Numbered from the stretch's first letter, positions 19,871 to 30,607 are shown. The stretch: DNA of 64,000 nucleotides from Candidatus Poribacteria bacterium (GCA_965204285.1 CBDBEI010000008.1:42994-106993), one strand, 5' to 3'. Numbers and translations: made by a program. Notes: generated from the sequence alone by a model not told the origin.

Positions 19871-22069
19871 TTAAGAATCGATAAACGGTTTCACATCCCA
19901 AAGGAGAATAGTCCCATCGTAACTACCACTTGCCAGAAGTGCGCCGTCGGGAGAAAATGCCAGTCTATCAATATCGGTAGGGTGTGCCCAGAAGGTATGT
20001 ATATTTTCACCTGTTGCGATTTCCCATAACCGGATAGACATTTTGGTTTGTCCCTGTTGCCACCAAGCACCTGTAGCCAGATACTTGCTGCAAGGAGAAA
20101 ACGCCAGTATGTAAGATTGCTGACAACCCAGAGGGAGCATTATCACCATTTGGGTTTGGAGGGTAGCAGCATCCCATATTCTAATCTCACCAAACATTGC
20201 TCCCGCAATCCAGGTGCCGCAAGGGGATGTCTCAAGCCCACGGACGCGCCGAGAGGACGTTTCCTGTTGGTCGTGGACACGTTGGATGTTTTCCCGTTCG
20301 CCTCTATAAAGGGTTGTATCTAAACATATTTCTGTGGGAAGTGAACCCACTTGTACGCCGCTTTTGAGATCCCAGATATAGACATCTTCTTCGTATCCAG
20401 CAGTGATGAAGTGCTTACCATTCGGATGAAACCTCAAAGGTGTCCCAAACTTATACACTCCCTCTCTCCTGGTCCTGTTAAAATCCTTGAGGTGAGTTTC
20501 ATAAAGATGTTCCCAATTTGATGCATCCCACACGCTAACACTTTCTTTACCAATACCGAGTATAAATTCACTTGTCGGAGAAAACATTTTCATTTTGAAC
20601 CCTTTATCCAATAAGTTATCCTTCTCGGTAAGTTCTGCCACTTGCGTTCCAGACACTACATCCCAAACCTTGGCTGTGTATCCCTTCATGCTACTCACAA
20701 GATATTCCGATGTTGGAGAGAACGCCAGCCAGCACACTTGCCCTGAAGATTCAAGAAACTCTGCGATTTGCGTGTCAGATGCTACATCCCAAACTCTAAT
20801 GGGAATGTCCTTTCCGTTCGCGGTAGCTATCAGTTCCGCATTACGCGACATCGTGAATGCCATAGCCGGATGTGGTGTATATTCATCTGATTTTTGTGGA
20901 AATGACCGCGCTATCTGCCGTTTTGAAACATCCCAAGCAACGAATCCTATGTGCTTCCAGTATCCGCAGAAAAGTGTCTGACTGTCCTTAGAAAATACCA
21001 GTGTGCTGGGGAACCTTTGGGCTGGGTCAGGATGTAGATGGTCAGGAAGAGATACGACTTTTGAGGGAGAACCTTCATGCCACACCTGAACATCATCGTA
21101 TCCACTCGCGATTGCGAACTTTCTACCATCCACTGAAAAGCACGCTGCCCAGAAGGTCCCACCCGAATATGCAATAGAGTCCACCTTCTCTTGCAGCTTG
21201 GTATCCCAGATGACCATCTCTTTTGAATAACGCGCAGCAACGCGTAGGGTGCCATCAGATAGATAGATCGGCAGCACCCCTTCGCTCTGATACACCATAG
21301 GCTCCATTTCTAAGGCACCGCTTTGGATATGCCATACGTGAACCTTGTCCCTCTTATTACACCCAGCAAGAAATTTCCCACAAGGGGAAAACACCAAATT
21401 CGCACATCCCACAGGTTCATCAGTATACGTGTCAGAAAATTCCGAGACGATTTCTCCCATCTTTATATCCATCACAGACGTCATATTGTAGCCAGACGTG
21501 TACGCAAATAAATGCCCATCAGCGGAAAATGCTATTGAGTTCGTAGAGTGTACCCGCGGTACTCTCGTAAAATTGAGTTTTATGACAGGTGTAGTTATGT
21601 TCGCACGCCAGTCGTAAACAGCAATACAGAAAGCCGTCTGTGTAATACTAACGATAGATAAGTGCTGCCCCTCCGGCGAAAAATTGATATTGGGGGTAAT
21701 AGCCTCTTGGGATCGTTCTATTTTCGAAACGCACTGTAAAGTCTGTGCGTCCCACACCTTCACGGTGCCATCCAAGTTTCCAGTAGCGATCCATTGCCCA
21801 TCATGTGAAAAGGAGATGGCAGAAACCATCCCCCGTTCTGTTGCCCACAATGCCCGTGGTGTTAATGTTTCAAGGTCATACAACCAACACCCGATGTCTG
21901 TCGCTACAACAAGAGAACCACCATCAGGTGAAAACGTGAAACCCCCACGGATACGACCGCGCCCTAAACGCGCAGTCGCGCCCGCAGGGAGAGACCAAGC
22001 GGTTATGTCTGTGCCATCAGTCTGTGCCGTGTGTATCAAGCTTTTTAGTGGAGGAATTTTACAAAGCAA
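19871..22069 (-). CDS. WD40-repeat protein, subfamily A (~720-732 aa)
   Basis: WD40 motifs; ends WDVKPFIDS, unlike other copies. Confidence 0.93.
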   Translation of the reverse strand: MLCKIPPLKSLIHTAQTDGTDITAWSLPAGATARLGRGRIRGGFTFSPDGGSLVVATDIGCWLYDLETLTPRALWATERGMVSAISFSHDGQWIATGNLDGTVKVWDAQTLQCVSKIERSQEAITPNINFSPEGQHLSIVSITQTAFCIAVYDWRANITTPVIKLNFTRVPRVHSTNSIAFSADGHLFAYTSGYNMTSVMDIKMGEIVSEFSDTYTDEPVGCANLVFSPCGKFLAGCNKRDKVHVWHIQSGALEMEPMVYQSEGVLPIYLSDGTLRVAARYSKEMVIWDTKLQEKVDSIAYSGGTFWAACFSVDGRKFAIASGYDDVQVWHEGSPSKVVSLPDHLHPDPAQRFPSTLVFSKDSQTLFCGYWKHIGFVAWDVSKRQIARSFPQKSDEYTPHPAMAFTMSRNAELIATANGKDIPIRVWDVASDTQIAEFLESSGQVCWLAFSPTSEYLVSSMKGYTAKVWDVVSGTQVAELTEKDNLLDKGFKMKMFSPTSEFILGIGKESVSVWDASNWEHLYETHLKDFNRTRREGVYKFGTPLRFHPNGKHFITAGYEEDVYIWDLKSGVQVGSLPTEICLDTTLYRGERENIQRVHDQQETSSRRVRGLETSPCGTWIAGAMFGEIRIWDAATLQTQMVIMLPLGCQQSYILAFSPCSKYLATGAWWQQGQTKMSIRLWEIATGENIHTFWAHPTDIDRLAFSPDGALLASGSYDGTILLWDVKPFIDS

Positions 22070-22122
22070 TTACTTTCCTTAAACGATCCAATATCATCAT
22101 CGTCATCAGCAGCAGAAATATC

Positions 22123-22599
22123 CTATTCTTTATTACATCCCGCTGAGGTACCTTCACAACCAGCCTTTCCATCGGTATCATTAGAACAAACAGTTTCAAA
22201 ATCACCAGTATTTTCATCATCATTACAAAAACTACCACCATGCCCACAATACGTGCGTGCACAATCCGTATGACAAGTTTGGCTCTCTGTATCCCCGTCA
22301 CATTCACTATCTACATTATCAGGATCTTCAAAACACGCCTCGCAGTCAGCCTCTTCATTACCAGTATCAAGACAATCACATTTGTAGGTACCCGAGTCAG
22401 AGACTTTATTTATGCTGCCACAACAACCACCAGTGGTTGCAGCGACTAAAGTTGTCCCGCCACCACAGCATCCTTTTGCTGCTTCAGAGTCTGAGGCATC
22501 CCAACTGCCTGTCAGCAAGAAAATACAGCCACCCACAAACAACAAGGCGACCGCTAAGTTACCAATCGTATTCTGATGTGTTCTCAACATTTTACTCAT
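22123..22599 (-). CDS. Exported Cys-rich peptide, copy 7 (158 aa)
   Basis: Conserved leader; 12-Cys domain. Confidence 0.85.
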   Translation of the reverse strand: MSKMLRTHQNTIGNLAVALLFVGGCIFLLTGSWDASDSEAAKGCCGGGTTLVAATTGGCCGSINKVSDSGTYKCDCLDTGNEEADCEACFEDPDNVDSECDGDTESQTCHTDCARTYCGHGGSFCNDDENTGDFETVCSNDTDGKAGCEGTSAGCNKE

Positions 22600-22694
22600 T
22601 ATTCTTTCCTTTCCCATATATAGGGGTTATCAAATACAAAAAGTTATACACAATTATTACTAAAAAACATAGAAACAAATGTCTACGTAAGAAC

Positions 22695-22723
22695 ATGATA
22701 CCTGGATAGCCTATTTTTGTCAA
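22695..22723 (-). promoter_or_regulatory. sigma70-type promoter of cassette 7 (second leader class)
   Basis: TTGACA-aaaataggctatccagg-TATCAT: same hexamers and spacing, different spacer sequence. Confidence 0.75.
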
Positions 22724-22814
22724 GCATTTTGTAGAAAATATGGAAGGATCAAGAGGTGGTATTGTGATATTGAAAAGATGGATGCTTGTGGCTGCTATAT
22801 CATAAAACTTCAGG

Positions 22815-24995
22815 CTACAGATAAGGCGTCATATCCCAGAGCAGGATGGTGCCATCATAACTGCCACTTGCCAGAAGTGCGCCGTCGGGAGAAAATGCCA
22901 GTCTATCAATATCGGTAGGGTGTGCCCAGAAGGTATGTATATTTTCACCTGTTGCGATTTCCCATAACCGGATAGACATTTTGGTTTGTCCCTGTTGCCA
23001 CCAAGCACCTGTAGCCAGATACTTGCTGCAAGGAGAAAACGCCAGTATGTAAGATTGCTGACAACCCAGAGGGAGCATTATCACCATTTGGGTTTGGAGG
23101 GTAGCAGCATCCCATATTCTAATCTCACCAAACATTGCTCCAGCAATCCAGGTGCCGCAAGGGGATGTCTCAAGCCCACGGACGCGCCGAGAGGACGTTT
23201 CCTGTTGGTCGTGGACACGTTGGATGTTTTCCCGTTCGCCTCTATAAAGGGTCGTATCTAAACATATTTCTGTGGGAAGTGAACCCACTTGTTCACCACT
23301 TTTGAGATCCCAGACATAGACATCTTCTTCGTATCCAGCAGTGATGAAGTGCTTACCATTCGGATGAAACCTCAAAGGTGTCCCAAACTTATACACTCCC
23401 TCTCTCCTGGTCCTGTTAAAATCCTTGAGGTGAGTTTCATAAAGATGTTCCCAATTTGATGCATCCCACACGCTAACACTTTCTTTACCAATACCGAGTA
23501 TAAATTCACTTGTCGGAGAAAACATTTTCATTTTGAACCCTTTATCCAATAAGTTATCCTTCTCGGTAAGTTCTGCCACTTGCGTTCCAGACACTACATC
23601 CCAAACCTTGGCTGTGTATCCCTTCATGCTACTCACAAGATATTCCGATGTTGGAGAGAACGCCAGCCAGCACACTTGCCCTGAAGATTCAAGAAACTCT
23701 GCGATTTGCGTGTCAGATGCTACATCCCAAACTCTAATGGGAATGTCCTTTCCGTTCGCGGTAGCTATCAGTTCCGCATTACGCGACATCGTGAATGCCA
23801 TAGCCGGATGTGGTGTATATTCATCTGATTTTTGTGGAAATGACCGCGCTATCTGCCGTTTTGAAACATCCCAAGCAACGAATCCTATGTGCTTCCAGTA
23901 TCCGCAGAAAAGTGTCTGACTGTCCTTAGAAAATACCAGTGTGCTGGGGAACCTTTGGGCTGGGTCAGGATGTAGATGGTCAGGAAGAGATACGACTTTT
24001 GAGGGAGAACCTTCATGCCACACCTGAACATCATCGTATCCACTCGCGATTGCGAACTTTCTACCATCTACTGAAAAGCACACTAAGGTTCCTCCCGAAT
24101 ATGCAATGGTGTACACCTTCTCCTGTAGCTTCGCATTCCAGATGACTATCTCTTTTGAATAACGCGCAGCAACGCGTAGGGTGCCATCAGATAGATAGAT
24201 CGGCAGCACCCCTTCGCTCTGATACGCCGTAGGCTCCATTTCTAAGGCACCGCTTTGGACATGCCACACGTGAACCTTGTCCCTCTTATTACACCCAGCA
24301 AGGAATTCCCCACAAAGGGAAAAAACCAAATTCGCACATCCCACGGGTTCTTCAGTATACGTGTCAGGAAGCTCCGCTACAATCTCACCCGACTTTACAT
24401 GTTTCACAGTTGTCATATTGATGCCAGACGTGCATGCAAATAGAGAACTATTAGGTGAAAATGCCATTGAGGTTGTATCGTTTACACGTGGTTCTGCTGG
24501 TGTTAAAACAAAGTTTGCCACCAGCGTCCTAAGATGAGGAGAAAAAGTGTAAACAGTAATTTGAGTACCACCAGAGACTGTAGCAACTGCTAAGTGCTTC
24601 CCACTCGGAGAAAATTTAATACGTGAAACAAGCCGGTTCGTTTCTATTTTTGCAATGTACTGCGAGGTTTGTGTATCCCATATTTTCAGGATGCCGTCCA
24701 TGTTTCCAGCAGCAATCCACTGCCCATCATGAGAAACGGAGATGGCAGAAACCATCCCCCGTTCTGTTGCCCACAATGCCCGTGGTGTTAATGTTTCAAG
24801 GTCATACAACCAACACCCGATGTCTGTCGCTACAACAAGAGAACCACCATCAGGTGAAAACGTGAAACCCCCACGGATACGACCGCGCCCTAAACGCGCA
24901 GTCGCGCCCGCAGGGAGAGACCAAGCGGTTATGTCTGTGCCATCAGTCTGTGCCGTGTGTATCAAGCTTTTTAGTGGAGGAATTTTACAGAGCAA
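22815..24995 (-). CDS. WD40-repeat protein, subfamily A (~715-726 aa)
   Basis: Near-identical to 19871..22069 outside swapped internal blocks. Confidence 0.93.
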   Translation of the reverse strand: MLCKIPPLKSLIHTAQTDGTDITAWSLPAGATARLGRGRIRGGFTFSPDGGSLVVATDIGCWLYDLETLTPRALWATERGMVSAISVSHDGQWIAAGNMDGILKIWDTQTSQYIAKIETNRLVSRIKFSPSGKHLAVATVSGGTQITVYTFSPHLRTLVANFVLTPAEPRVNDTTSMAFSPNSSLFACTSGINMTTVKHVKSGEIVAELPDTYTEEPVGCANLVFSLCGEFLAGCNKRDKVHVWHVQSGALEMEPTAYQSEGVLPIYLSDGTLRVAARYSKEIVIWNAKLQEKVYTIAYSGGTLVCFSVDGRKFAIASGYDDVQVWHEGSPSKVVSLPDHLHPDPAQRFPSTLVFSKDSQTLFCGYWKHIGFVAWDVSKRQIARSFPQKSDEYTPHPAMAFTMSRNAELIATANGKDIPIRVWDVASDTQIAEFLESSGQVCWLAFSPTSEYLVSSMKGYTAKVWDVVSGTQVAELTEKDNLLDKGFKMKMFSPTSEFILGIGKESVSVWDASNWEHLYETHLKDFNRTRREGVYKFGTPLRFHPNGKHFITAGYEEDVYVWDLKSGEQVGSLPTEICLDTTLYRGERENIQRVHDQQETSSRRVRGLETSPCGTWIAGAMFGEIRIWDAATLQTQMVIMLPLGCQQSYILAFSPCSKYLATGAWWQQGQTKMSIRLWEIATGENIHTFWAHPTDIDRLAFSPDGALLASGSYDGTILLWDMTPYL

Positions 24996-25048
24996 TTACT
25001 TTCCTTAAACGATCCAATATCATCATCGTCATCAGCAGCAGGAATATT

Positions 25049-25507
25049 CTATTCTTTATTACATCCCGCTGAGGTACCTTCACAACCAGCCTTTCCATCG
25101 GTATCATTAGAACAAACAGTTTCAAAATCAGTATCATTACAAAAACTGTCGAAACAAAACGTGCGTGCACAATCCGTATGACAAGTTTGGCTCTCTGTAT
25201 CCCCGTCACATTCACTATCTACATTATCAGGATCTTCAAAACACGCCTCGCAGTCAGCCTCTTCATTACCAGTATCAAGACAATCACATTTGTAGGTACC
25301 CGAGTCAGAGACTTTATTTATGCTGCCACAACAACCACCAGTGGTTGCAGCGACTAAAGTTGTCCCGCCACCACAGCATCCTTTTGCTGCTTCAGAGTCT
25401 GAGGCATCCCAACTGCCTGTCAGCAAGAAAATACAGCCACCCACAAACAACAAGGCGACCGCTAAGTTACCAATCGTATTCTGATGTGTTCTCAACATTT
25501 TACTCAT
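25049..25507 (-). CDS. Exported Cys-rich peptide, copy 8 (152 aa)
   Basis: Identical to copy 7 except in one loop region. Confidence 0.85.
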   Translation of the reverse strand: MSKMLRTHQNTIGNLAVALLFVGGCIFLLTGSWDASDSEAAKGCCGGGTTLVAATTGGCCGSINKVSDSGTYKCDCLDTGNEEADCEACFEDPDNVDSECDGDTESQTCHTDCARTFCFDSFCNDTDFETVCSNDTDGKAGCEGTSAGCNKE

Positions 25508-25602
25508 TATTCTTTCCTTTCCCATATATAGGGGTTATCAAATACAAAAAGTTATACACAATTATTACTAAAAAACATAGAAACAAATGTCTACGTAAGA
25601 AC

Positions 25603-25631
25603 ATGATACCTGGATAGCCTATTTTTGTCAA
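25603..25631 (-). promoter_or_regulatory. sigma70-type promoter of cassette 8
   Basis: TTGACA-17-TATCAT. Confidence 0.75.
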
Positions 25632-25714
25632 GCATTTTGTAGAAAATATGGAAGGATCAAGAGGTGGTATTGGAAAGATCGATACTCATGGCTGCTGTAT
25701 CATAAAACTTCAGG

Positions 25715-27760
25715 CTACAGATAAGGTGTTATATCCCAGAGCAGGATGGTGCCATCATAACTACCACTGGCAAGAAGTTTGCCATCCGGTGAGAAATCTA
25801 AATCCTGGACGTCCGTTGTATGTCCCCAGAAAGTGTGTATATTTTGACCCGTTGCGACTTCCCATATTCTTATGGATACTTTGTCCAATCCCTTTATCCA
25901 CCACGACCCAGAGACAAGGTATTTTCCGCAGGGGGAAAATGTGAGTGCAAACGGTCTGCTACACGTTTCGGGTGGTAGTATAAGCATGTGCGTTACTAAG
26001 GTTGCTGTATTTCGCAAACGGATATGATCTTGTATCCCACAAGCGATCGTCGTGCCACAAGGAGAGAAGGCGAGTTTGTTAGGGATACACTTATATTGCT
26101 TGATTATTTTTTTATATTTTTGAATATATTGGTGTATCTGCTCTGGATCGCCTCTATAGAGGGAGGTATCTTCTGGCAGTTCTGTAGGGAACACTCCGAG
26201 TTGTTCACCGCTGTCAATATCCCAAAGCATTCCAGCACTCCCTTTTGGTGCAGCAGCGAGTTGTTTACCATCCGGGTGAAACGCAGTTGTTAGAATCAGT
26301 CGGTTGTCACCTGTGAGTGTGTTGATTTTCTCCCCAGACTGTGTATCCCAGACACCGATATCACCTGTTGGTGCTGTATTGATAAAACGTTCACCTGTCG
26401 GTGAAAAATGCATTTCATGCCAAGATCTAAATCTGGTACTGCCCGATAGTTCTGTAATGAGGGTTTCAGACGCAATATCCCAGATTTCAACTGACCCCCT
26501 CGGAAGGTCGCGAAGTGCCAGTCGTTCCCTACAAGGTGACAAGGCACTGACACGGTACCACTGCTTTTTCTCTTCTGTTGTTAGGTTTTTAGTTAGAGCT
26601 GTACGTTGTGCTTGGATATTTGGCATTGGGAATATTTGTTCTGTTTGTCGCTGTGTAGTATCCCAGAATACGTGATACATACCCCACGCATATCTACTTG
26701 CTAATGTCTTTCCGTCTTTAGAAAAAGCAACCGCGTGGACAGCGGGTTTATGATCAGCAGGACTTGTAACTTTTGTTGATGGTGACCCAACTGTCCACAC
26801 ACAGAGATCGCTGCGTGAGAGGATCGTTGCGATATGTGCACCATCGGATGAAAAGTGTAAATGATGTCCGCTTAAAAAATGATCAGGCCTGGGTTTATCA
26901 CGTTCAAAGGTATCTATTTTTTCTTTTCGGACAGCATCCCAGATCACAACTTTATAGTCGTAAATATCGGCAACGCGCAGTATGCCATCAGGTGTATAGG
27001 CAATGCTTAACCACTTTCCATCATACGCTGTTGGTTCCGTTTCCAAAGTGCCGTTGTGAACATTCCGTACCAACACTTCATTGTTCCGATTAGCAGCTGC
27101 TATATATTGTCCGCAAGGGGAAAAACGGTATGTAGACAGTGCCGAGGATTGGCTAAGATGTGTGATGTGTTCACCGGTGTCAATATCGGAAATCGTTACA
27201 GTGTTCTGGGGAGATACAGAAGACACATACGCGAGTAGATACCCATTAGGTGAGAAACAAATGGGAAAACTGTGTCCCTTCGTTTCTTCTACATCAATCG
27301 GTAAACAGATCATAGGTTTATCAGTGTTTTGTTGCCATGCGTAGACAACATTTTGTTTATCAAAACAGGATGCGGCTAAGTATTGATTATCTTGAGAAAA
27401 GCAGAGCTTCGAAAAATAACCTGAAGCTGCATTTACATTCTTGCGATGGTTTATCTTTGCAAGACACTTTAGCGTTTGTGTATCCCATACCTTTAAAACA
27501 CCATCTTTATTACTGGTAGCAATGAACTGGGTGTCGTGTGAAAAAGTAATGGTATTAAGCATTCCACTTTCTGTTTCAAATAAGTCGAGTGGTTTCAGTG
27601 ATGATCGATCATACAACCAACAGCCGATGGGGGTTGCGACGGCAAGATATTTACTATCAGCTGAAAAGGACATATGCGACACGCGCCCCCTTGCTAATCT
27701 GCCGATCGCACCTTCAGGAAGTTTCCAAGTTGTCACATCTGTGTCAACGGTACTTCGCAT
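25715..27760 (-). CDS. WD40-repeat protein, subfamily C (~681 aa)
   Basis: Start MRSTVDTDVTTWKLPEGAIGRL behind AAGGAG; WD40 motifs. Confidence 0.92.
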   Translation of the reverse strand: MRSTVDTDVTTWKLPEGAIGRLARGRVSHMSFSADSKYLAVATPIGCWLYDRSSLKPLDLFETESGMLNTITFSHDTQFIATSNKDGVLKVWDTQTLKCLAKINHRKNVNAASGYFSKLCFSQDNQYLAASCFDKQNVVYAWQQNTDKPMICLPIDVEETKGHSFPICFSPNGYLLAYVSSVSPQNTVTISDIDTGEHITHLSQSSALSTYRFSPCGQYIAAANRNNEVLVRNVHNGTLETEPTAYDGKWLSIAYTPDGILRVADIYDYKVVIWDAVRKEKIDTFERDKPRPDHFLSGHHLHFSSDGAHIATILSRSDLCVWTVGSPSTKVTSPADHKPAVHAVAFSKDGKTLASRYAWGMYHVFWDTTQRQTEQIFPMPNIQAQRTALTKNLTTEEKKQWYRVSALSPCRERLALRDLPRGSVEIWDIASETLITELSGSTRFRSWHEMHFSPTGERFINTAPTGDIGVWDTQSGEKINTLTGDNRLILTTAFHPDGKQLAAAPKGSAGMLWDIDSGEQLGVFPTELPEDTSLYRGDPEQIHQYIQKYKKIIKQYKCIPNKLAFSPCGTTIACGIQDHIRLRNTATLVTHMLILPPETCSRPFALTFSPCGKYLVSGSWWIKGLDKVSIRIWEVATGQNIHTFWGHTTDVQDLDFSPDGKLLASGSYDGTILLWDITPYL

Positions 27761-27921
27761 CAAATAAACTCCTTTGATTGCAAGAATCCTATGGATCTCG
27801 TGCACAGTAGGGTTGTAGTTTAGGTCATCTGAAGCGTGCAGTACTGTACTCATCTAAGGTTCCTTGCACGCTTCAGACAAACCATACGATTTAGCATCTC
27901 AAACAAACTTAATTTGTATGA

Positions 27922-28380
27922 TTACTTGTTGTTACATGTACCAGTCTCATCATTGGCACCAGAACATGTTTCTGCATCAGTAGGGACATTATTTTCACAA
28001 TACATGTCGTCTTTTTTAAGACATACGGTGGTACCACAGGAACTATCTTCACACTCACCACCACAACCGTACGAGTTGGTTGAACTGTTACAGTGACTAC
28101 TCGTTTCACAAATGCAGGTCGCCTCTGTTTGAGTATCATTCTCTAAGCATTCTTGATTGCAATAATTGTCAGATAATTGACCGGCACTGCCACAACAGCC
28201 GCCAGTGGTTGTTGCCGTTAAGGTTGTCGCTGTCGCACCTCCTCCTCAGCAACTACTCGCAGCTACGGTCTCTGGGGAATTCCAACTACCTGTTAAAATA
28301 AAAACACAGCCGCCAAGAAGTAGCAAAGCAACCGCTAAATTACTAATCTTATTCTAATGTGTTCTCAACATTTTACTCAT
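27922..28380 (-). pseudogene. Cys-rich peptide copy 9, two in-frame stops
   Basis: MSKMLRTH*NKISNL...AASSC*GGG...GGCCGS followed by a 12-Cys domain ending CNNK; missed by ORF track. Confidence 0.85.
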
Positions 28381-28476
28381 TATTTTTTCCTTTCCCATAA
28401 TATAGGGTTTGTAAAATACAAAAAGTTATACACAATTATTACTAAAAAACATAGAAACAAATGTCTACGTAAGAAC

Positions 28477-28505
28477 ATGATACCTGGATAGCCTATTTTT
28501 GTCAA
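28477..28505 (-). promoter_or_regulatory. sigma70-type promoter of cassette 9
   Basis: TTGACA-17-TATCAT. Confidence 0.75.
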
Positions 28506-28588
28506 GGCTTTTGTAGAAAATATGGAAGGATCAAGAGGTGGTATTGGAAAGATCGATACTCATGGCTGCTGTATCATAAAACTTCAGG

Positions 28589-30574
28589 CTACAGATAAGG
28601 TGTCATATCCCAGAGCAGGATGGTGCCATCATAACTACTACTTGCCAGAAGTTCACCATCCTTTGAAAAAGCGAGGTTTTGCACATCTGAGGTATGTCCC
28701 CAGAAGGTGTGAATGTTTTCACCAGTTGCGACCTCCCATAAACGGATAGAAACCTTGTCCGTTTCTCTCCACCAAGAACCGGAGGCAAGATACCGACCAC
28801 ATGGAGAAAACACCACGACACCAATATGGGAGCAACTCTCAGGTAGAATCATCCCCATGTGCGGCTCCAAAGTTGTAGCATCCCATAGATGAACTCCACC
28901 GTATAATCCACCAGCCAACAAAGTGCCACAAGGTGAAAATGTAATTGAATGGAGATACTTTGAAGGTTTGTAACGTGGCTTGATTTGTCTCTGGATTTGT
29001 CGCATATCTCCTTTATATAGGGCAACAAAGGTGGAGTCTACAGAAGGCGAGCCAAGCTGTTCACCACTCGTAACGTCCCAAAGAAATATACTAAGACCGT
29101 CAGTAGTAGCGAATTGCTTTCCGTTGGGGTGAAAGGCTGCTGTCCGAAGCGATTCTGCATGCCCTATAAATGCGTGCTGCTTTTCCCAACCTTGGACACG
29201 CCACATAATAAGTTTTCCATCTGCATCTCCGCTGATGAGGTGTTCCCCCGATGGTGAAAACACCACGTTGGTGATAAGACTTTGGTGTTCGGTGAGTTCT
29301 GCTATTCGGATTCCGGACGTAATGTTCCAGACTTCAAGCGTTTGACCGCCTTCTCCGATGAGAGCCAACAATTCTTCACAAGGGGACAGTGCACACCTTT
29401 TGCCCCTGCTTTTTGGCGGGACTGGGGGAGGTACCACCTGTTTCTGGACAACATCCCAGAAAACGATACCTTCAACCCAGTATTTGCAAACCAGCATCCT
29501 GTCCGTTTGATAAAAACACAGAGATTCTGGCACCTGATTAGGCACTGTGAGCGGTGCTACTATGGCAGGGGAGCCTGCACGCCACACCCGGATATCGCTG
29601 TTGGTGAGAATTGCGAACTGCTGCCCATCAGTCCAGGTACATTGTTCTATTCTACATTTTCCTTGATATTCAATGGTATCAAGTTTTTCACCCCGGGACG
29701 CATCCCATATCACTACCTTGTCTTCATAAATATCTGCCACCCGTAATGCACCATCGGGGGAATAGGCGAGAATCGCCCGAGTTCCGCCGTAGTCTGTGTA
29801 AGTTGTTTCTAGGGTCTCTTTATCAATATTCCACACTTGCACCTCAATGTTCTCACCTGTCGTTGGATCTTGAATACTCGCAGCAAGAAACTGACTACAA
29901 GGTGAAAAGGCGAGATCATACACATGTTCTGATTCGCGCAGATCACGCTCTGGCTTTAGATAAGCGAAGCATTCTTTCGTTTTTAGGTTTCGGACAGTAA
30001 GGGTGCTTGAGCCAGTAGAATAAGCGAGCAGCTGTCCATCCGGTGAAAAGCTGAGCGGAAAACGAGTCGGATACTTTTCACCTTCCTTCAGTGTGACTCT
30101 CACTTTGAAAGTTGCGACATGTTGTCCGGTTTTTGTGCACCAGACGTAAACGTCACGGTATCCGTTGCCAGATGCAGCAATGTATCGGCTATCCGGTGAA
30201 AAGGCAAGTCGGGATGTGCCGCCGTGCCAGCCTTGTATCTTCGCGACACGCTGCTGGGTCTCTATTTCTCGCACCTTGATGATGTCGTCTCCGTTGCTGG
30301 TAGCAACCCATTTTCCATCGGGTGAAAGAACGACATTACCAACTATGCCTCGTTCAGTTTCCAATAATGCGATAGGCTGCATGGTCTCGAGTTCATACAT
30401 CCATACCCCAACGCGAGTCGCAACAGCGAGAGACGCGTTATCCGATGAAAACGCCATGTCGGTTATGATTCCTTGTCCTAATCGGGCAATTGCGCCATCA
30501 GGAAGTTCCCAGGTCGTCACATCGCTGTTTGTCTGGGTAGATTGCGTGGTTGTCTGTGATCGTCGATTTTCCAT
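28589..30574 (-). CDS. WD40-repeat protein, subfamily B (~661 aa)
   Basis: Start MENRRSQTT by homology with 8759..10771 and 17853..19835. Confidence 0.92.
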   Translation of the reverse strand: MENRRSQTTTQSTQTNSDVTTWELPDGAIARLGQGIITDMAFSSDNASLAVATRVGVWMYELETMQPIALLETERGIVGNVVLSPDGKWVATSNGDDIIKVREIETQQRVAKIQGWHGGTSRLAFSPDSRYIAASGNGYRDVYVWCTKTGQHVATFKVRVTLKEGEKYPTRFPLSFSPDGQLLAYSTGSSTLTVRNLKTKECFAYLKPERDLRESEHVYDLAFSPCSQFLAASIQDPTTGENIEVQVWNIDKETLETTYTDYGGTRAILAYSPDGALRVADIYEDKVVIWDASRGEKLDTIEYQGKCRIEQCTWTDGQQFAILTNSDIRVWRAGSPAIVAPLTVPNQVPESLCFYQTDRMLVCKYWVEGIVFWDVVQKQVVPPPVPPKSRGKRCALSPCEELLALIGEGGQTLEVWNITSGIRIAELTEHQSLITNVVFSPSGEHLISGDADGKLIMWRVQGWEKQHAFIGHAESLRTAAFHPNGKQFATTDGLSIFLWDVTSGEQLGSPSVDSTFVALYKGDMRQIQRQIKPRYKPSKYLHSITFSPCGTLLAGGLYGGVHLWDATTLEPHMGMILPESCSHIGVVVFSPCGRYLASGSWWRETDKVSIRLWEVATGENIHTFWGHTSDVQNLAFSKDGELLASSSYDGTILLWDMTPYL

Positions 30575-30607
30575 AAAAACCTTCAAATTTATTGTGGCGT
30601 GACATAT

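Noticed and set aside
28246-28248. TGA at a Cys position as selenocysteine
   Set aside because: The same gene also has a TAG at codon 9, so pseudogenisation is the simpler explanation
1320-28590. Conserved spacers as a CRISPR array or integron attC sites
   Set aside because: Repeats are 200-260 bp promoter regions separated by whole genes; no integrase and no attC-type ends were seen
1753-30602. Recurrent plus-strand ORFs (MSLLPP..., MAETIPRS..., MRTAAHQ...)
   Set aside because: Antisense shadows of the duplicated WD40 and peptide genes
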